Part shown: piece by piece, positions 1 through 11,667 of the stretch
How the letters are laid out: every line of letters begins with the position of its first letter
Position numbering within the stretch: the first letter of the stretch is position 1
Source of the DNA: Carpediemonas membranifera BICM
Lineage: Eukaryota; Protista; Fornicata
Assembly (NCBI GenBank): GCA_019828565.1
Contig: JAHDYR010000011.1
Coordinates: 1 to 64,000 of the forward strand
Length of the DNA stretch: 64,000 nucleotides
Reading direction: 5' to 3'
Made by a program: the position numbers and the translations under genes
The notes under the pieces: model-generated
What the model was told of the DNA's origin: nothing
Databases searched by the model: none
Seen by the model: only the letters and a program-made list of their open reading frames with translations

Positions 1-300
1 GATCACATCAAACGTGTGTCAAATCCGGCAAATCGGTGCGATTAAAAAAGGGCAGGGAAGCGACCCATAAGGCGTACTTATACCGCTCTGCCACGTGATC
101 TCAACCTCTCATTCCCAATTTCGTGCAATGTTGCTTTTTTCTGCAGCAGAGTTTGAAAGTTTGATACTGCGCATGCGTATTGCCCAGGTATAGCCAAGTA
201 CTACCATACCACTTTGAAGATCCAGCTCCGGCTCATCGTCGAGTTCATTTTTTCTTGCAACCGTAGATTGTATCACAACTTTTTGAGGTCGAAGATAATC

Positions 301-2400
301 TAGGGATGTTGACAGTATGTTACATCGACGATATTATTGTCTTCGGCAGCGACGAGGCCGAGAATATCTCTATGAACCTCGAAAGAGTCCTGGACCGTGC
401 GCGTAAGGTCAAGCTCCAGCTCAATCGCGAAGTACCAGTTCGGCGGGCAGGGAAGTCGAGTTCTTAGGTTGGGTTGTCGTGATGGGCGGGTGAGCATCGC
501 ACCCAGCCGTGTAGACGACATCGCAAATCTCCGAGATGCCGACATCCATCAAGGGCATGCAGGGCCTAGTAGGATTCCTCAACTATTTCCGGGATCACAT
601 CCCCCATTTTGCGGAAATCGGACACCCGTTAATCGAAGCTATGTCCGGTCACACAAGTCTCGGCCTGACCGCCCAGCAGGAGGCCCTCGATAAGCTCAAG
701 CAGAGCCTTACCTCCGCTGACGCCCTAGCAATTTTCGACGCCACGGAAGGAGCATTCTATAATGACCGACGCCTCGGGAGTGGGGTACGGCGCAGTCCTA
801 TTGCAAGAGGGCAAGCCTGTCTGTTACATGTCGAAGGCCTTCAACGCCACACAGTCTCGTTGGTCAACGATTGAGAGGAGGCGTACGCCATTGTGGCGGC
901 CTTGCAGCGCTGGCGCAAGTTCACTTGCCTGGGGACCCTTTCTCCATACTCACTGACCACCGAAACCTTACCTTCATGTACCGTAGCATCAACCCGAAAG
1001 TCAGGAGGTGGGCCGATGCCATTTCCGACTTGGACTTTGAGATTAAGCACGTCGCCGGCCTGGACAATGGAGCCGCCGTGCAGATGGTCTGTCCGTGTGT
1101 TTACTATGTTCACTTTCCGCAAAGCTGCGACCGATGATATTGAAGAAGCACACACCACCGCCGGCGCCCATCTATCTCGACGCCTAACGACCGAGAAGCT
1201 TAGAGCCGAAGGGTTGTCGGTGTCGAGAGCCGCAGTCGACCAGGTGATTGCAGCTTGCCCGGTGTGCCAAGTCCTCTCGAGGGCCCACGTCGATACACCG
1301 GATGGTCTGCATACCGCCGTTGATGAACCGTTTAAGCGAGTAGCCATCGGCACCTTGCTTAGGTCCGTTCAAGTCGCAGTTCCGCACATCTCCGTCATCA
1401 TAGATATGTGTAGTAGGTGGACCGAGTTGGTTCCAGTTACAGGTACGACTGCGCAAGCCGCAGTTACGGCGTTCGTTAATAACTGGGTCTTACGCTATGG
1501 CTGCCCCGAGGTCACCCACAGACTGACGGCGGGCCCGAGTTTAACAATCAGCTCATGAAGTCCCTGGCCGACGAGATGGGTTTCCACACCCATGTTGCGA
1601 CTCCACATCACCCGCAATCTAATGGCATCGTCGAACGGGCCAACAGTGGAGTTCTCAAAATCTTGAAGGCCAGAAAGTTCCATTTCCGGGACGCGGACTG
1701 GGTCAAGCACTTACCTGTCGCACTAATTTATCAGTCAATTCGACGCGGGATACCCACTCACCTCTCACCATCCGAGATCATACTGAGGTGTCAACATCAG
1801 GATCCCAGAACGAGATCATCATCTGCACCCACTGACTAGCGCCAGAATACAGGACGAGATCGCTGGCAGCTGGCCAAAACCATCCCAGCTGGCTTGAGGG
1901 TAGAATTCCAGGCAGTGAGAGAGGACGCTCTCGCAAACGCCGCATCGTCACGTCAGAGTTACTGGTAGCCGGTTCGTGTTGTTGGTCAGAGTACCCGCAG
2001 CCAGACCTCCCAACAAGCTGATGCCCGGGATGGCCGAGGGGCCCATGCGACGGGTCAGTGCGGTTAAGAAAGATGGCGTGACGGTCGCCTATGAAGTTCA
2101 GGACCTCAACCAGGGGAAGCCAAGGCAAGATATTGAAGGTCGACGCCTCGCGCGTACGCAGATTTAACCCTGGCAATCTATCCGAGCGAGATCAAGGACT
2201 TGGCCGCCACGGCGGAGCGATGAGTGGGAAGTGGACCGTATTTCCAAATCGCGGGAACGGAACACGAACCAAACGCGAAATACCGCGTTCACTGGTCTGG
2301 TTTCGAGGACGAGGAGGCGACATGGCAGGATTGGGACTCCGTCCAAGGACCTGGGAAGCGTGAGATGTATATTTGAAGTCTGACCAAGCCAAAGCTGGAC
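301..2400 (+). pseudogene. Degenerate Ty3/Gypsy (chromovirus-like) pol fragment: RT C-terminal part, RNase H, integrase, chromodomain remnant
   Basis: YIDDIIVFG at ~321-347; GFLNYFRDHIPHF; TDASGVGYGAVLLQEGKPV (RNase H); TDHRNL; CPVCQ; HPQSNGIVERAN (integrase). Spread over several frames with frameshifts. Similar to the intact element at 11668-15657. Confidence 0.9.
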
Positions 2401-3766
2401 GGTCTATAAATCTTCACCACATCTAATCGCTCCGGCGTCAAGTCATCGGGTATTCATCGTGCGGAAACTCCTCGGTATCGGTCAGCTCGACCAACCAAGA
2501 CGCGTCAGCGTGGCGCTCAAGATCGTGCTCAGCAAGATAGTCGCGCACACAACGGAGCGAGACCGGAGATCGGCGTTCAGCCAGACGATGCTGAGGCTGA
2601 GTAACCCTCATGCTGGAGTATGAGGCGAGGTCCAGGTCCACAGAAAAGATCGTTTGAGGAATTCATGACGGACAACACACGTCACGGTGTAGTAACGGTC
2701 CGGGTCCGAGACCTGAATAGGCTCCCAGTGGACCTCGTCACCGATCGCAGGCAGGTGACCCTCGCGACACAGCTCGTCGACCAGGGTCGCCCAGAAGGCG
2801 CTGGGAGCTGAGATGCAGCGGCTGATCCCGAAGAGTGCCACTCCGGGAAGCAATCGGGCGAGAGAAAGAAAGAAATTTACATGGTGCTTGGATTCTGACC
2901 CCGGACTGAGCTTGTTTCCCGTTGTCTTGGAGCTGAGTGCCCCGGGGTACTGCCTATTTCCCGTGGCAAACTGGTCAGCAGCGTTTGCCTTGGGCTTTCG
3001 GTGCTACTGTCTCCGCGGAAAGCCGATTCCAATCGCCCCAGAGGCCCTGCGGCCATCTCCGTGCAAATATGCTTTCCTGTCTCCCTGAAAGTCCGGCAAC
3101 TATCCGGGGAGCCTGGGGGTCTGTCCTCGGGGCATTGACAGGCAGGATCGTCCTGCAGGACCTTGACTATGACACTCCTTGCTTCCCTGCAGTCCTTGTA
3201 GAGCCGTTCAGCCACGGCACCCTCTCGTCTGTCCGGTTCCCCAATTCCATGCCCCCTCGACTCTGTTAAGAAGCCTACCCGAAGGCGGGGGAAAGTGACT
3301 AAGTCCATGCTGTCTACCCCGGTTAGGTGGCGTGGGTCAGCGGCAGCCCCAGGCACTAGGCCTGGTTGTCCTGTTACCCCTTACAACATTTCGCTTGCAC
3401 TACATGTCCTTGGTTTCCCATGTCGTTAACAAGGGCGGCAGGGGCACCTGTGCCCCTCCGACCCCCGTGGCCAGTCCCTGCAGTTTCCTTGGGGTCCCAA
3501 CGAGTGGTGCAACCATATGAATATGGATTTCCTTGACCTTATCCTTGCTCTGTCCTTGTTGCATGTCCTTTCTTTCCATAATTCTGGTCTGTCCTTCCCT
3601 GTTATTTCCTTGCAGTCGTTCCTTCCCTTGCTTTGGTTCCTGGCTACCGGGATACGTGGGGCCTTTCCTCACTGATCCCAGGAGCTTAGCACCAGCGAGG
3701 GTGGTCCATGGCTGATTCCTTGTCCATCCCTTCCCGGTCCTGGAGTCAGGGGTTCATGACATGCTT

Positions 3767-6700
3767 CTATTCCACCTTGAAGCTGTTGTAAACCTTTGCC
3801 AGTTCCCGTAGTCCTGCCGTGAGGCCTTCCCAAATGTCCTCCGAGCCCCATATTATTAGTTGCTGTAATTCTAGGATGGGTCTTTCCTGGTACCATTCGC
3901 CCTGGGGGCCCTGCCTTACTTCCAAGTCCTTAGTTTTGTGCTTCGCTGCTGTCCACAGCTTTGTCCAAGCTTCTCCCCTGTCTACTGCCGGGCATTCACA
4001 GATTATGTGCGCAGCCGATCCTAGCCTCTGGCCCTCTGCCCACTCCCTGATCATTTCCTGCTTCCTTGCTGGTCCTGGCTTTTCCCTAATGATCCTGTAG
4101 AACAGGCTCACCTCCGACTCCTCCGAGCATAGGGGGCATAGTCTGCTAATTTCTCTCTTCAGGTCAGCGCCTTGGGCCAGCTCTGTGATGGCTCTCATAG
4201 GGCCCTCCCCTCTCTCTGCCGACGATGGGGATGGGCTGACATTGGCTGCAATGGATACAATTCTCTTCCATTCCGCCCTGCTTTGCCCCTTCCCAGCCTT
4301 TCGGTCTACCGTAGGCTTACCTTGCAGACACTTGCTTAATTTCCTTGTCCCCATGATTTCCATTAGTCCTAGTGCCGTACGGCTTTTGCACCGCTTCATC
4401 CACCCCCTCCCTGATCGTTTCCATGCCATAATCCAGTAGCGCTGGTTTAGGGGCTCCCTCTCTGGTGCCCTCCAGTAGATGCTGCACTCTCTCCCCTAGC
4501 TTCCCACATAACCGTGCCCTCGCCCCCATTCTCTGTTTCTGACTGGTATATCCTGGTCCCTGTAGTTGACTATCCTTTTGACTGCCAGCCATTCCATGTG
4601 TGCCTGGAGGTCCACCCATCCATTCATCAGCCTCATGGCTGCGCCCCCTCCCGGTCCTGTTCCTGCCATGATTCCCTGCCAGTCATTCCAGATCCTTCTA
4701 CCTCCCGGTGCGTTCCCCCACACCTCGACTCCGAAGAGGATCCTGGGCCATATATATATTTCCAGTAGTAGCCTGCTCGCTAGTGCTGGCATGTTTGCCC
4801 TGGTCCACCCTGCCCATCTCACCAGTCTCTTGTACCTTTCGCTCTGCTCCTGTTTCCGCCTTATGCAGGCCGACATAGGGTCCTTCCCACTTGCGATCCA
4901 TAATCCCAGGTATCTCGCCTCCTTCTCTGGCAGTAGTGTTACCCCCTCGATCCTGACTAGGGCTGTTCTGTCCACGCTAATCATTACATTCTTCTGGGCG
5001 TTCACCCTCATTTCATGCTCTCTGATTATGTCCACCATTATGTTGGCGACCATCTGGCTATGCTCCGGTTTGCTCCCTGTGACCGCAGTGTCATCCACAA
5101 ACATGGTAAGTGCTGCCGGTAGTCGGTCGCTGAGGTGGCTCGTGGTCCTTGGCGGTTCTCTGATGTCGTACCGTTCTCCCTTGATTTTTCTTTTCTGGCC
5201 AGGTGGGGCCAGTTAGCCATGAACAGCACAAACAGTGTCGGTGCCAGGACGCACCCTTGCTTAACTCCCCTGTTGGTTCTTTCCCATGCCTTTGCCCCCT
5301 TGACTGATATCCAGGTTTCCTTTATTGTGCCTTGAATTGCCCTGATCAAGTGCTCCTCCACCCCCATACCCTGTAGCTTATCCATGAGAATGTCCCTTGG
5401 TACCGTGTCATATGCCTTCTCGATGTCCAGAAAGATTGACGTGGTCTCACCCCCTCCTGGTGCCGCTGCACAATGTACTGTATCTGCTGGATGACGTCCC
5501 TGTCTGACTGGAAACCAGCCTGTTCTCTTGGTATGAACCTTTTCGTTGCTGCTTCCAGACGTATCTTGAGCAATCTACCATAGACCCTGTACAGCAGTGG
5601 TGTCAAGGATATTGGTCTATATGATTCCGGCTTGACCCTTGGCTTCCCTGTCTTGTGTATGGCCGACACTGTGGCATACTTCCATGCTTTGGGTACGTCG
5701 CCCTCCCTGTAGACCCTGTTGATGAGCCTCGTCACTTCCCTAAGGCCTTTCTCATCCAGCTCTCTCAGCATGTCTCCAGATGTGAGGTCAGGCCCTGGTG
5801 CGGTGTCCCTCCTGATCCTTTTGATTGCGGCTTTGACCTCGCTTTCCTTGAACTCATTTCCGTCCCTGCCCCTCCATGTCTTCCAGGTGGGTTCCCTGCC
5901 TCTGCTGACTCTAGCATACTGTTGCAAGAGGATCTCGCTGATGGCCGCCTTGTCCGTGGTTATCACTCCGTCCTTGAGGAGGCTCTCCGGCATTCCCTTG
6001 TATTGGTTGTCACACCACCACCTTCTGATGGCAGCTTCCACTGAGGCCCTTGAGGCCCTATACCCCCTTTTTGCACTTCTGCTGATGTCGGCCACCCATT
6101 TGGCCCTGCGCTCTCCCCAGTATTTCTCCAGCTCCTCTTTCATCCTTTCCTTCCTGGTCCTGTTGCCTATTTCTGTCCATGGGGTTCGCTGGAGTTCGCT
6201 CCACACTCCGTTCCCGAACACTTTGTCCCTTGCCTTTGCTCCCCTGTTGTTCACTGGGTCGCCCATGCATGCTCTTATAGTCTCTTCCCATTGGTCCGAG
6301 CTCTTGATCCTGTTCAGCTTTGAGACTGTGACTGGCCCCTCCTTCTTTTTCATGGGCCAGGTGTGCACCTCGGGTATGGCCAGAGCCACGTCTCGCTCAC
6401 TTCTGCCATAGTACCGTTGTTCCTTCCATGCTAGTGTGATTCCATTGTGTGCTGAGCCCCATACCCCGACCTTCTGAGACTCTACCACCTCAATCTCCGC
6501 CCCCTGGATTCCTGGTGTTGTCACTGCAAAGTCCGGGGTTGATGTTCCTGATGTGAGCGTCCCAGACTTGGGTATGATGGCTTTGAGCCTGTGCTTCTCC
6601 ATCATATCCTTCCACCGGGTGGATCTTTCCATCTGGCCTGGGTCGATGTTCCAGTCTCCCATAATTATGGCCTCCATGCTCCCTTTCATGTCCATGATCT

Positions 6701-7215
6701 TCTGTATAGTGTCCCTGAATCCATCCTTCTCCTGCTTGCTGTGGCCGGATGGAGGGCCATACACGTTGATGACTAGTATGTCCCTGCCGGTTCTCATTAT
6801 GCTGGCTTGCACTCTTCCCGATAGGCTGTCCGTTATGCCGATGTCCCACTTTGCAGTTGCGTGTGGGCTCACTATCGTGCCGATGCCTTCCCTTGTTCCC
6901 TTCCATCTTGGCGCAGGTTCGTCATTGCCTGCTATGCCTAGTTGTCGGTTGATGCGGTGCTGACTTTTTGACATCCGCCTTTCGTTTTTCGTTGGCTAAG
7001 ACCAGGTCCTCTTCCGTCTCCCTCCCTGCTAGTGCGTAGTCAAGGTCCATGAAGCAATGAACCCTCGTATTCGCCGTTCTCCATGTCTCTTGTATGAGTA
7101 CTGCCTCTATGTCCTTCAACCTTAGCTGAATCGCCGTTGCCATAGACGCCGTGAAGTCCTTTCCTCTTCCTATGTGTCCCTCTGTGTTCAGACTAAGTAT
7201 CTTGTAGGTTACCAT
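3767..7215 (-). pseudogene. LINE ORF2 (apurinic endonuclease, reverse transcriptase, zinc knuckle), broken by ~4 frameshifts
   Basis: ORFs 7215-6922, 6974-5346, 5385-5038, 5104-4496 and 4429-3767 carry consecutive APE, RT and CCHC motifs. Confidence 0.9.
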
Positions 7216-7546
7216 TGCCTTTGTCCTGTTTCCTTATCCTGCGAATTCCCAGAATTTGGGAGCCCCAGCTTCCCGCTCCTCTCCTGCTATCCTTGTCCTA
7301 ACAAGGGGCCTAGATGCCGGTCTCGGTGACCCTTGTCAGGCCAACCTTGTTACCACCTGGTGACCTTCCATTCTTCGGGCAGGGTACTTAGGAGGGGGAC
7401 GATATGACGTGACCCCCCTTTGGCTGCCGCTACAGCCTACCGGCAGTGCATTTCAGCTAATGCCGGGCCCTGGGTGGGAGCCAGGGCTTGTGAATTATAA
7501 AGAAAATGTTGCTTGTTCCTTGAAAGAATACTGCTTTACCATGTCC

Positions 7547-10500
7547 TTACTCCTCCTCCGTGGACTCCCCACTGCTGCTGCAGCTGTCCTCGGCCTGACT
7601 CACTTGCTGTCCTTGTAGACTCTGCATTACCGTGATGAACTGGGTCATCAGGTCCATGGGTGAGATCTGCTTGGCCTTCTTAGCCTTCTTGTGCTTGTGC
7701 CGGGGGATCGTGGGCTTCTCCTTGCTGGGCTTAGTCGCGACGCCGGAGAGCACCAACCTTCCGTGGCCTTGCTCTTGCATGAGTCGGGCAGCCTTGAGCG
7801 CTGAGATCTCTTGTTGCGCCTCTGCCAACTGCTTTCGGAGCCGCAGCTTCTCCGAGTCCATGCCGGTTGCCTGTCTGCTTCCAGACTCCCAGTCCATGTC
7901 CTCTTCGTGCCTGCTTCTCTTTCCGCTGTCCGAGTCCATGGTCCTACTCGTGCTGCCCTCCTTGCGCTTGAGCGTCGTGGAGGAAGAGTGATCCTTGCTG
8001 TTGTCCATGCCTCCCTCTGAGCCTCTACCGGCCCAGGTGTTCCCGCTGAACGAGCCTCTCATCTGCGTTCCCGTGTTGTCCTGTCTCTCCCTGTCGTCTC
8101 CTCCGTGGTTACGATCCGAGGTCCTGTTCATGTTACCAGCTCTGTCGCCGGTTCTGTCGTCAGCTCTGACACCAGCTCTACCGCCGGCTCCGTGTCCTAC
8201 CCTTCTGTCCTCTTCCCTGTCTCCATGCTGGTCGTGATGTCCTTGATCCGCGTCCTGGCCGAAGTGCCTGCCCACCATCCTGGTGCTAATCCGCCTCGCC
8301 TTTTCCTCCAGGCCGTTGTCGAAGAACCTACTTTGGTATGGCTGTTCGGACTTTCCGTCGATGGTGGGGACATACGTGATGCCTGGGACATTGACTGTGT
8401 TGGCTCTGGGCTCGTCCTGGATAGCTGCCGAGACTAGTCTGGCCCCTTCCTTGCGCATGCGGCTTAGGATGGTCCCAGCCTCGCTGACCCTGACCATGCC
8501 CCAGTCTCTCGGGATGAAGCTCGCCCCTAGGGTGATCCTACCCCTGTTCCTGGGGGGCCTTGACGTTGACTATGACCTTCTCATAGTCCCTGAGGCTCTC
8601 TGCTAGGTCGTCGCAGCCCCAGACTCCTTGATGAGCCGTAGCCTCCTTCGAGGGCCACCACTCGTATAGCATGGCCATGGTTATGATGTCCTCCTCCCTT
8701 GCTGCCCCTAGGCCCTTCCTGACGCGTACCATGCGGAGCTGGTTAGCCGTGGCTCTTTCCATGATGGTCCATAGCGGGCTTCTCTCCAGTACACCTTCGT
8801 TGTCCATGATTGTGAGGGGGCCAGTAAGATGCCCTTCATGCCCAACAGAACCTCCCCGAACCCGAAGCCGATGCCGAAGCGGTGTCCGTTGTCCGGGACT
8901 ACGAGGATCCTGTCGCCGACTTCCCCTGCTGACGTCCCTTGCGTCCCCGATCGGGTACGTGCCGAAGATCTCAAAGGTGTCCCTCCTTGTCGCGAATTCC
9001 GGGCCTCCCATGATATCCATGCCCGGCTCCGCCTTCCCGACTGCTTCCATGGTCTTGTCGAGTGCCTTACCCATGTAGTGGTAGACGTCTGGGGTGCTCA
9101 TCCTCTCCCTTGCATAGGGCCCTGATCCTGGCTGTGAAGACTACTGTATCCGCCAACCCACAGTGGTAGCAACCCGCGGTGTGTCTGTGGTACGGACAGA
9201 CTCCCTTGGGCTCGCTCCTGTTCTGCCATCCATTTGACCATGTTGTTACTGCTTCCAGGTAGTTGGCCTTGTCGAGGTTGTCCCTGAGGTTTTGGCCAGC
9301 CTCCTCCTTGCCGTTGTTCTCCAGGATCTCTGGTAGCTTCTTCTCGTCCACCAGCCTAGCTTGGAAGAATTCCCTGGTTCCTTGCTCCAGTCCATTTGTG
9401 GGGTTCGTGAGGAGGAAGCTTTCCATCTCCACCCCCTTTGCATACATGATTATCTTCCAACCCTCCGACCTTTCGATCCTTGCCAGCTGAGCCGCCAGGC
9501 GGTTGGCCCAGTCCCTGAAAGTATGTATGTGCTTCTCATACTCGATCGGCGGCCGCCCCGTCCCGACCTCCACGAAGGTGGCCGGCGGCAGCCCCGTCAC
9601 TGCCCATGCCGTGTACCTCGCTTGGTCCATGCTTGCTGCCGGTATGTCCTGGTAATACAGGCCATGCCCGTGTCCAAGAATGTCCCCAGTGCTGAGGTCA
9701 AAGAGTACGATCCCGCCCTCAACCGGGATGGCAGGGATCCCTGCCTTCTTGACGCCAGGGTCTGCGCACTCGAAGTCGATGGCTCCGATCACCAGTCGTT
9801 TCTCCTTGTCCTTTCTAGGCATCCTCGGCGGCTGGCTGCTGACCTTGTTTGAGTCGACCTCCTCGTCCTGGTCGATCTTGCCTTGGTTGGCCCCGACCAT
9901 GTCCTTGTTCACTTCCAGGAGGCTGTCGTCGAGGCTTCTTCTGCCGGGCATGGTGGCCTGCTGGCGTCGTTCCTCCTTGTCCTTGACATGTTGCTCCTCG
10001 TCTCCGTCGATGACCGTGCTAGCGGACGACCTGTCCAGATCGGCATGTTCGTCCCTATTGCTGCGGACCGAGGTGGCCTTGAGCACTTCCAGCCTCACCT
10101 TCCGGAACGGCGGCTCGTTGCTAAGGGGGTCTCCTCCCCTTCGCCCAGGATATTGGTTCTGCCCTTCAGGTAGATCCCTGACTTGTTCCATGCTGCCTGC
10201 CATATGGCCGGGGCCTCCGGTGCCTGAAGCCTGAGGATGTCCCTAGCCTCCTCCATGAAGCGGCTGATGGACCATGCTGACGTGTCGCTTAGCTCTAGGA
10301 TGACCCTGTACTTGCCGTCCTCTTGCTCGTAGGCCACTCTGGTGACCGGGCCTTGGTTTGCCGGATCCCATACCTTGTCGTAAGGCACGCCTTCTACGGC
10401 CTCGTCTCCATGAGCCCCTGATACCAGTATGAACGACCCTTCGGCCTTCTTGACGCTGTCCCTGTCTACATCCCATTCGATGGGCCCATCTTCCTTCGGC

Positions 10501-11051
10501 TTGAGGATCGCCGTCTCGATGTCCTTCTCAGATGGCCATCTTGCCATGCCAGTGAAGCCCGCTTTCAGCGTCTTGGGCTCCAGTGCCTGTGCCATGTCCT
10601 TTGCTTCCTCGTCTCTGGGGTTGAGCGCCTCTGTGAGCATGTAGAAAAGGTCGCGGAGGCCGTGGATGCCGCATGGGTTCCTGAGGATGATGTCCTTGTT
10701 GTCAGTGACGCCGGTTGCGAAGAGGATGCGTCTGGCGTTCATGATTACTTCCTTGCGTCCTTTGGAGTTCGCATTGAGCGACTTTCCTGTGAACTTGCCT
10801 GTTCTACGAAGAAGTAGAGTCCTTGAATCGTTCCTTTCAGCGAGAAAGCTGTCCAGTAGTTCCCTGATGTCCTCCCACTGCTTCTGCGTGGAATCCCTGA
10901 TCCTTGTCGGTATTTCTACCTGCATTGTTGAGTGCAAAATTTCTCCCCTTTTCCTAGTCCATAAACTGGGTCGGAATTTTTGGGTCCGAAAGTCGGGCCA
11001 CATGTACATATCCGGGTGAGGTCTCCGTCCAGGCCTTCCAGTTTCTCCCAT
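7547..11051 (-). pseudogene. LINE ORF1 region, probably one long frameshifted ORF or several ORFs; includes a Maelstrom-like DEDD domain and a C-terminal coiled-coil/basic region
   Basis: Abutting or overlapping minus-strand ORFs 11051-10095, 10203-9067, 9101-8538 and 8497-7547, upstream of ORF2 and with the same purine-rich sense-strand composition; coiled-coil SEKLRLRKQLAEAQQEISALKAA. Confidence 0.65.
9067..10203 (-). CDS. Maelstrom/arenavirus-NP-like DEDDh 3'-5' exonuclease domain protein within the LINE
   Basis: Motifs AIDFEC, IPVEGGIVLFDLSTGDI, AVTGLP and CPYH-x6-HCGLADT; recognised by motif pattern only. Confidence 0.7.
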   Translation of the reverse strand: MAGSMEQVRDLPEGQNQYPGRRGGDPLSNEPPFRKVRLEVLKATSVRSNRDEHADLDRSSASTVIDGDEEQHVKDKEERRQQATMPGRRSLDDSLLEVNKDMVGANQGKIDQDEEVDSNKVSSQPPRMPRKDKEKRLVIGAIDFECADPGVKKAGIPAIPVEGGIVLFDLSTGDILGHGHGLYYQDIPAASMDQARYTAWAVTGLPPATFVEVGTGRPPIEYEKHIHTFRDWANRLAAQLARIERSEGWKIIMYAKGVEMESFLLTNPTNGLEQGTREFFQARLVDEKKLPEILENNGKEEAGQNLRDNLDKANYLEAVTTWSNGWQNRSEPKGVCPYHRHTAGCYHCGLADTVVFTARIRALCKGEDEHPRRLPLHG

Positions 11052-11667
11052 TGTCCATGCTCCGTACTATATAGGCCATTCTTTCAAAAAGGCGCGGTCC
11101 TAAAAATGCGTCGCCCTTTTCTGAGTAGCGGGGCCTTTCTGTGTAGTTGTTGTTGCTTTGTTCGTAGTCTCCTTTTAGCCTCTATCGACGGCCCCTGTTT
11201 CCCTTTTGTGCTGCCCTTCCTTCCTTGTGGTCTTGACAAAACCATGTAGCCGCCGGTGCTAGCACTGGCCCTCGACGGTTGTTTTCCTTTTCCTTGTAAA
11301 CATACGTTCCATGAAGACACTTTGATTCCTTGGTATGGGCGTGGAGCTCCCACTCGCGCCCAGCGGTATGCCCTGATAGCAACCCTTGAATGTTCAGACA
11401 GGAGGCCAAGGCCGCTCCTTCTGAGCTCCATGGGGCACTGCCCTATCCATATAGGCCAGGCCTGTTGGTCCTTGTCCATCCATGATCGAAGTGTTTCCAC
11501 TTTGCTGAAATCATTGGTGAACTGACCGTCGCTCCCCTGGGAGGTTTATACCGATGCGAGTGATTACGGGATTGCCCGGCTGCGCGAGTCTGCTGGTGCG
11601 ATCGACGAAGAATACATTCTGTTGGCTGCCTTACCCTGCCTTTTACAGGTACGTATAAGTGGTAGGC

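Larger units (their letters stand above)
2861..11520 (-). mobile_element. APE-type non-LTR retrotransposon (LINE), ~8.6 kb, frameshifted, with (TTTC)n 3' tail; 5' boundary approximate
   Basis: ORF2 pieces: APE (KILSLNTEG, LIQETW, INVYGP, MGDWN, SAHN), RT (APGPD, YRPISL, QAGFQ, GVKQGCVLAPTLF, FVDD) and C-terminal CPLC...HIICEC. The 3' end TAAATTTCTTTCTTTCTC is shared with a second copy at 34954-35185. Confidence 0.9.

Noticed and set aside
2417-2860. Short minus-strand ORFs between the Gypsy remnant and the LINE tail
   Set aside because: No recognisable motifs; cannot be assigned.
3767-11051. Programmed frameshifting in the LINE ORFs
   Set aside because: The shifts are numerous and fall inside conserved domains, so decay or sequencing indels are more likely.
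11520-11667. 3' LTR of element A and TSD of the LINE
   Set aside because: No match to the sequence upstream of gag or to the LINE's other flank was found.
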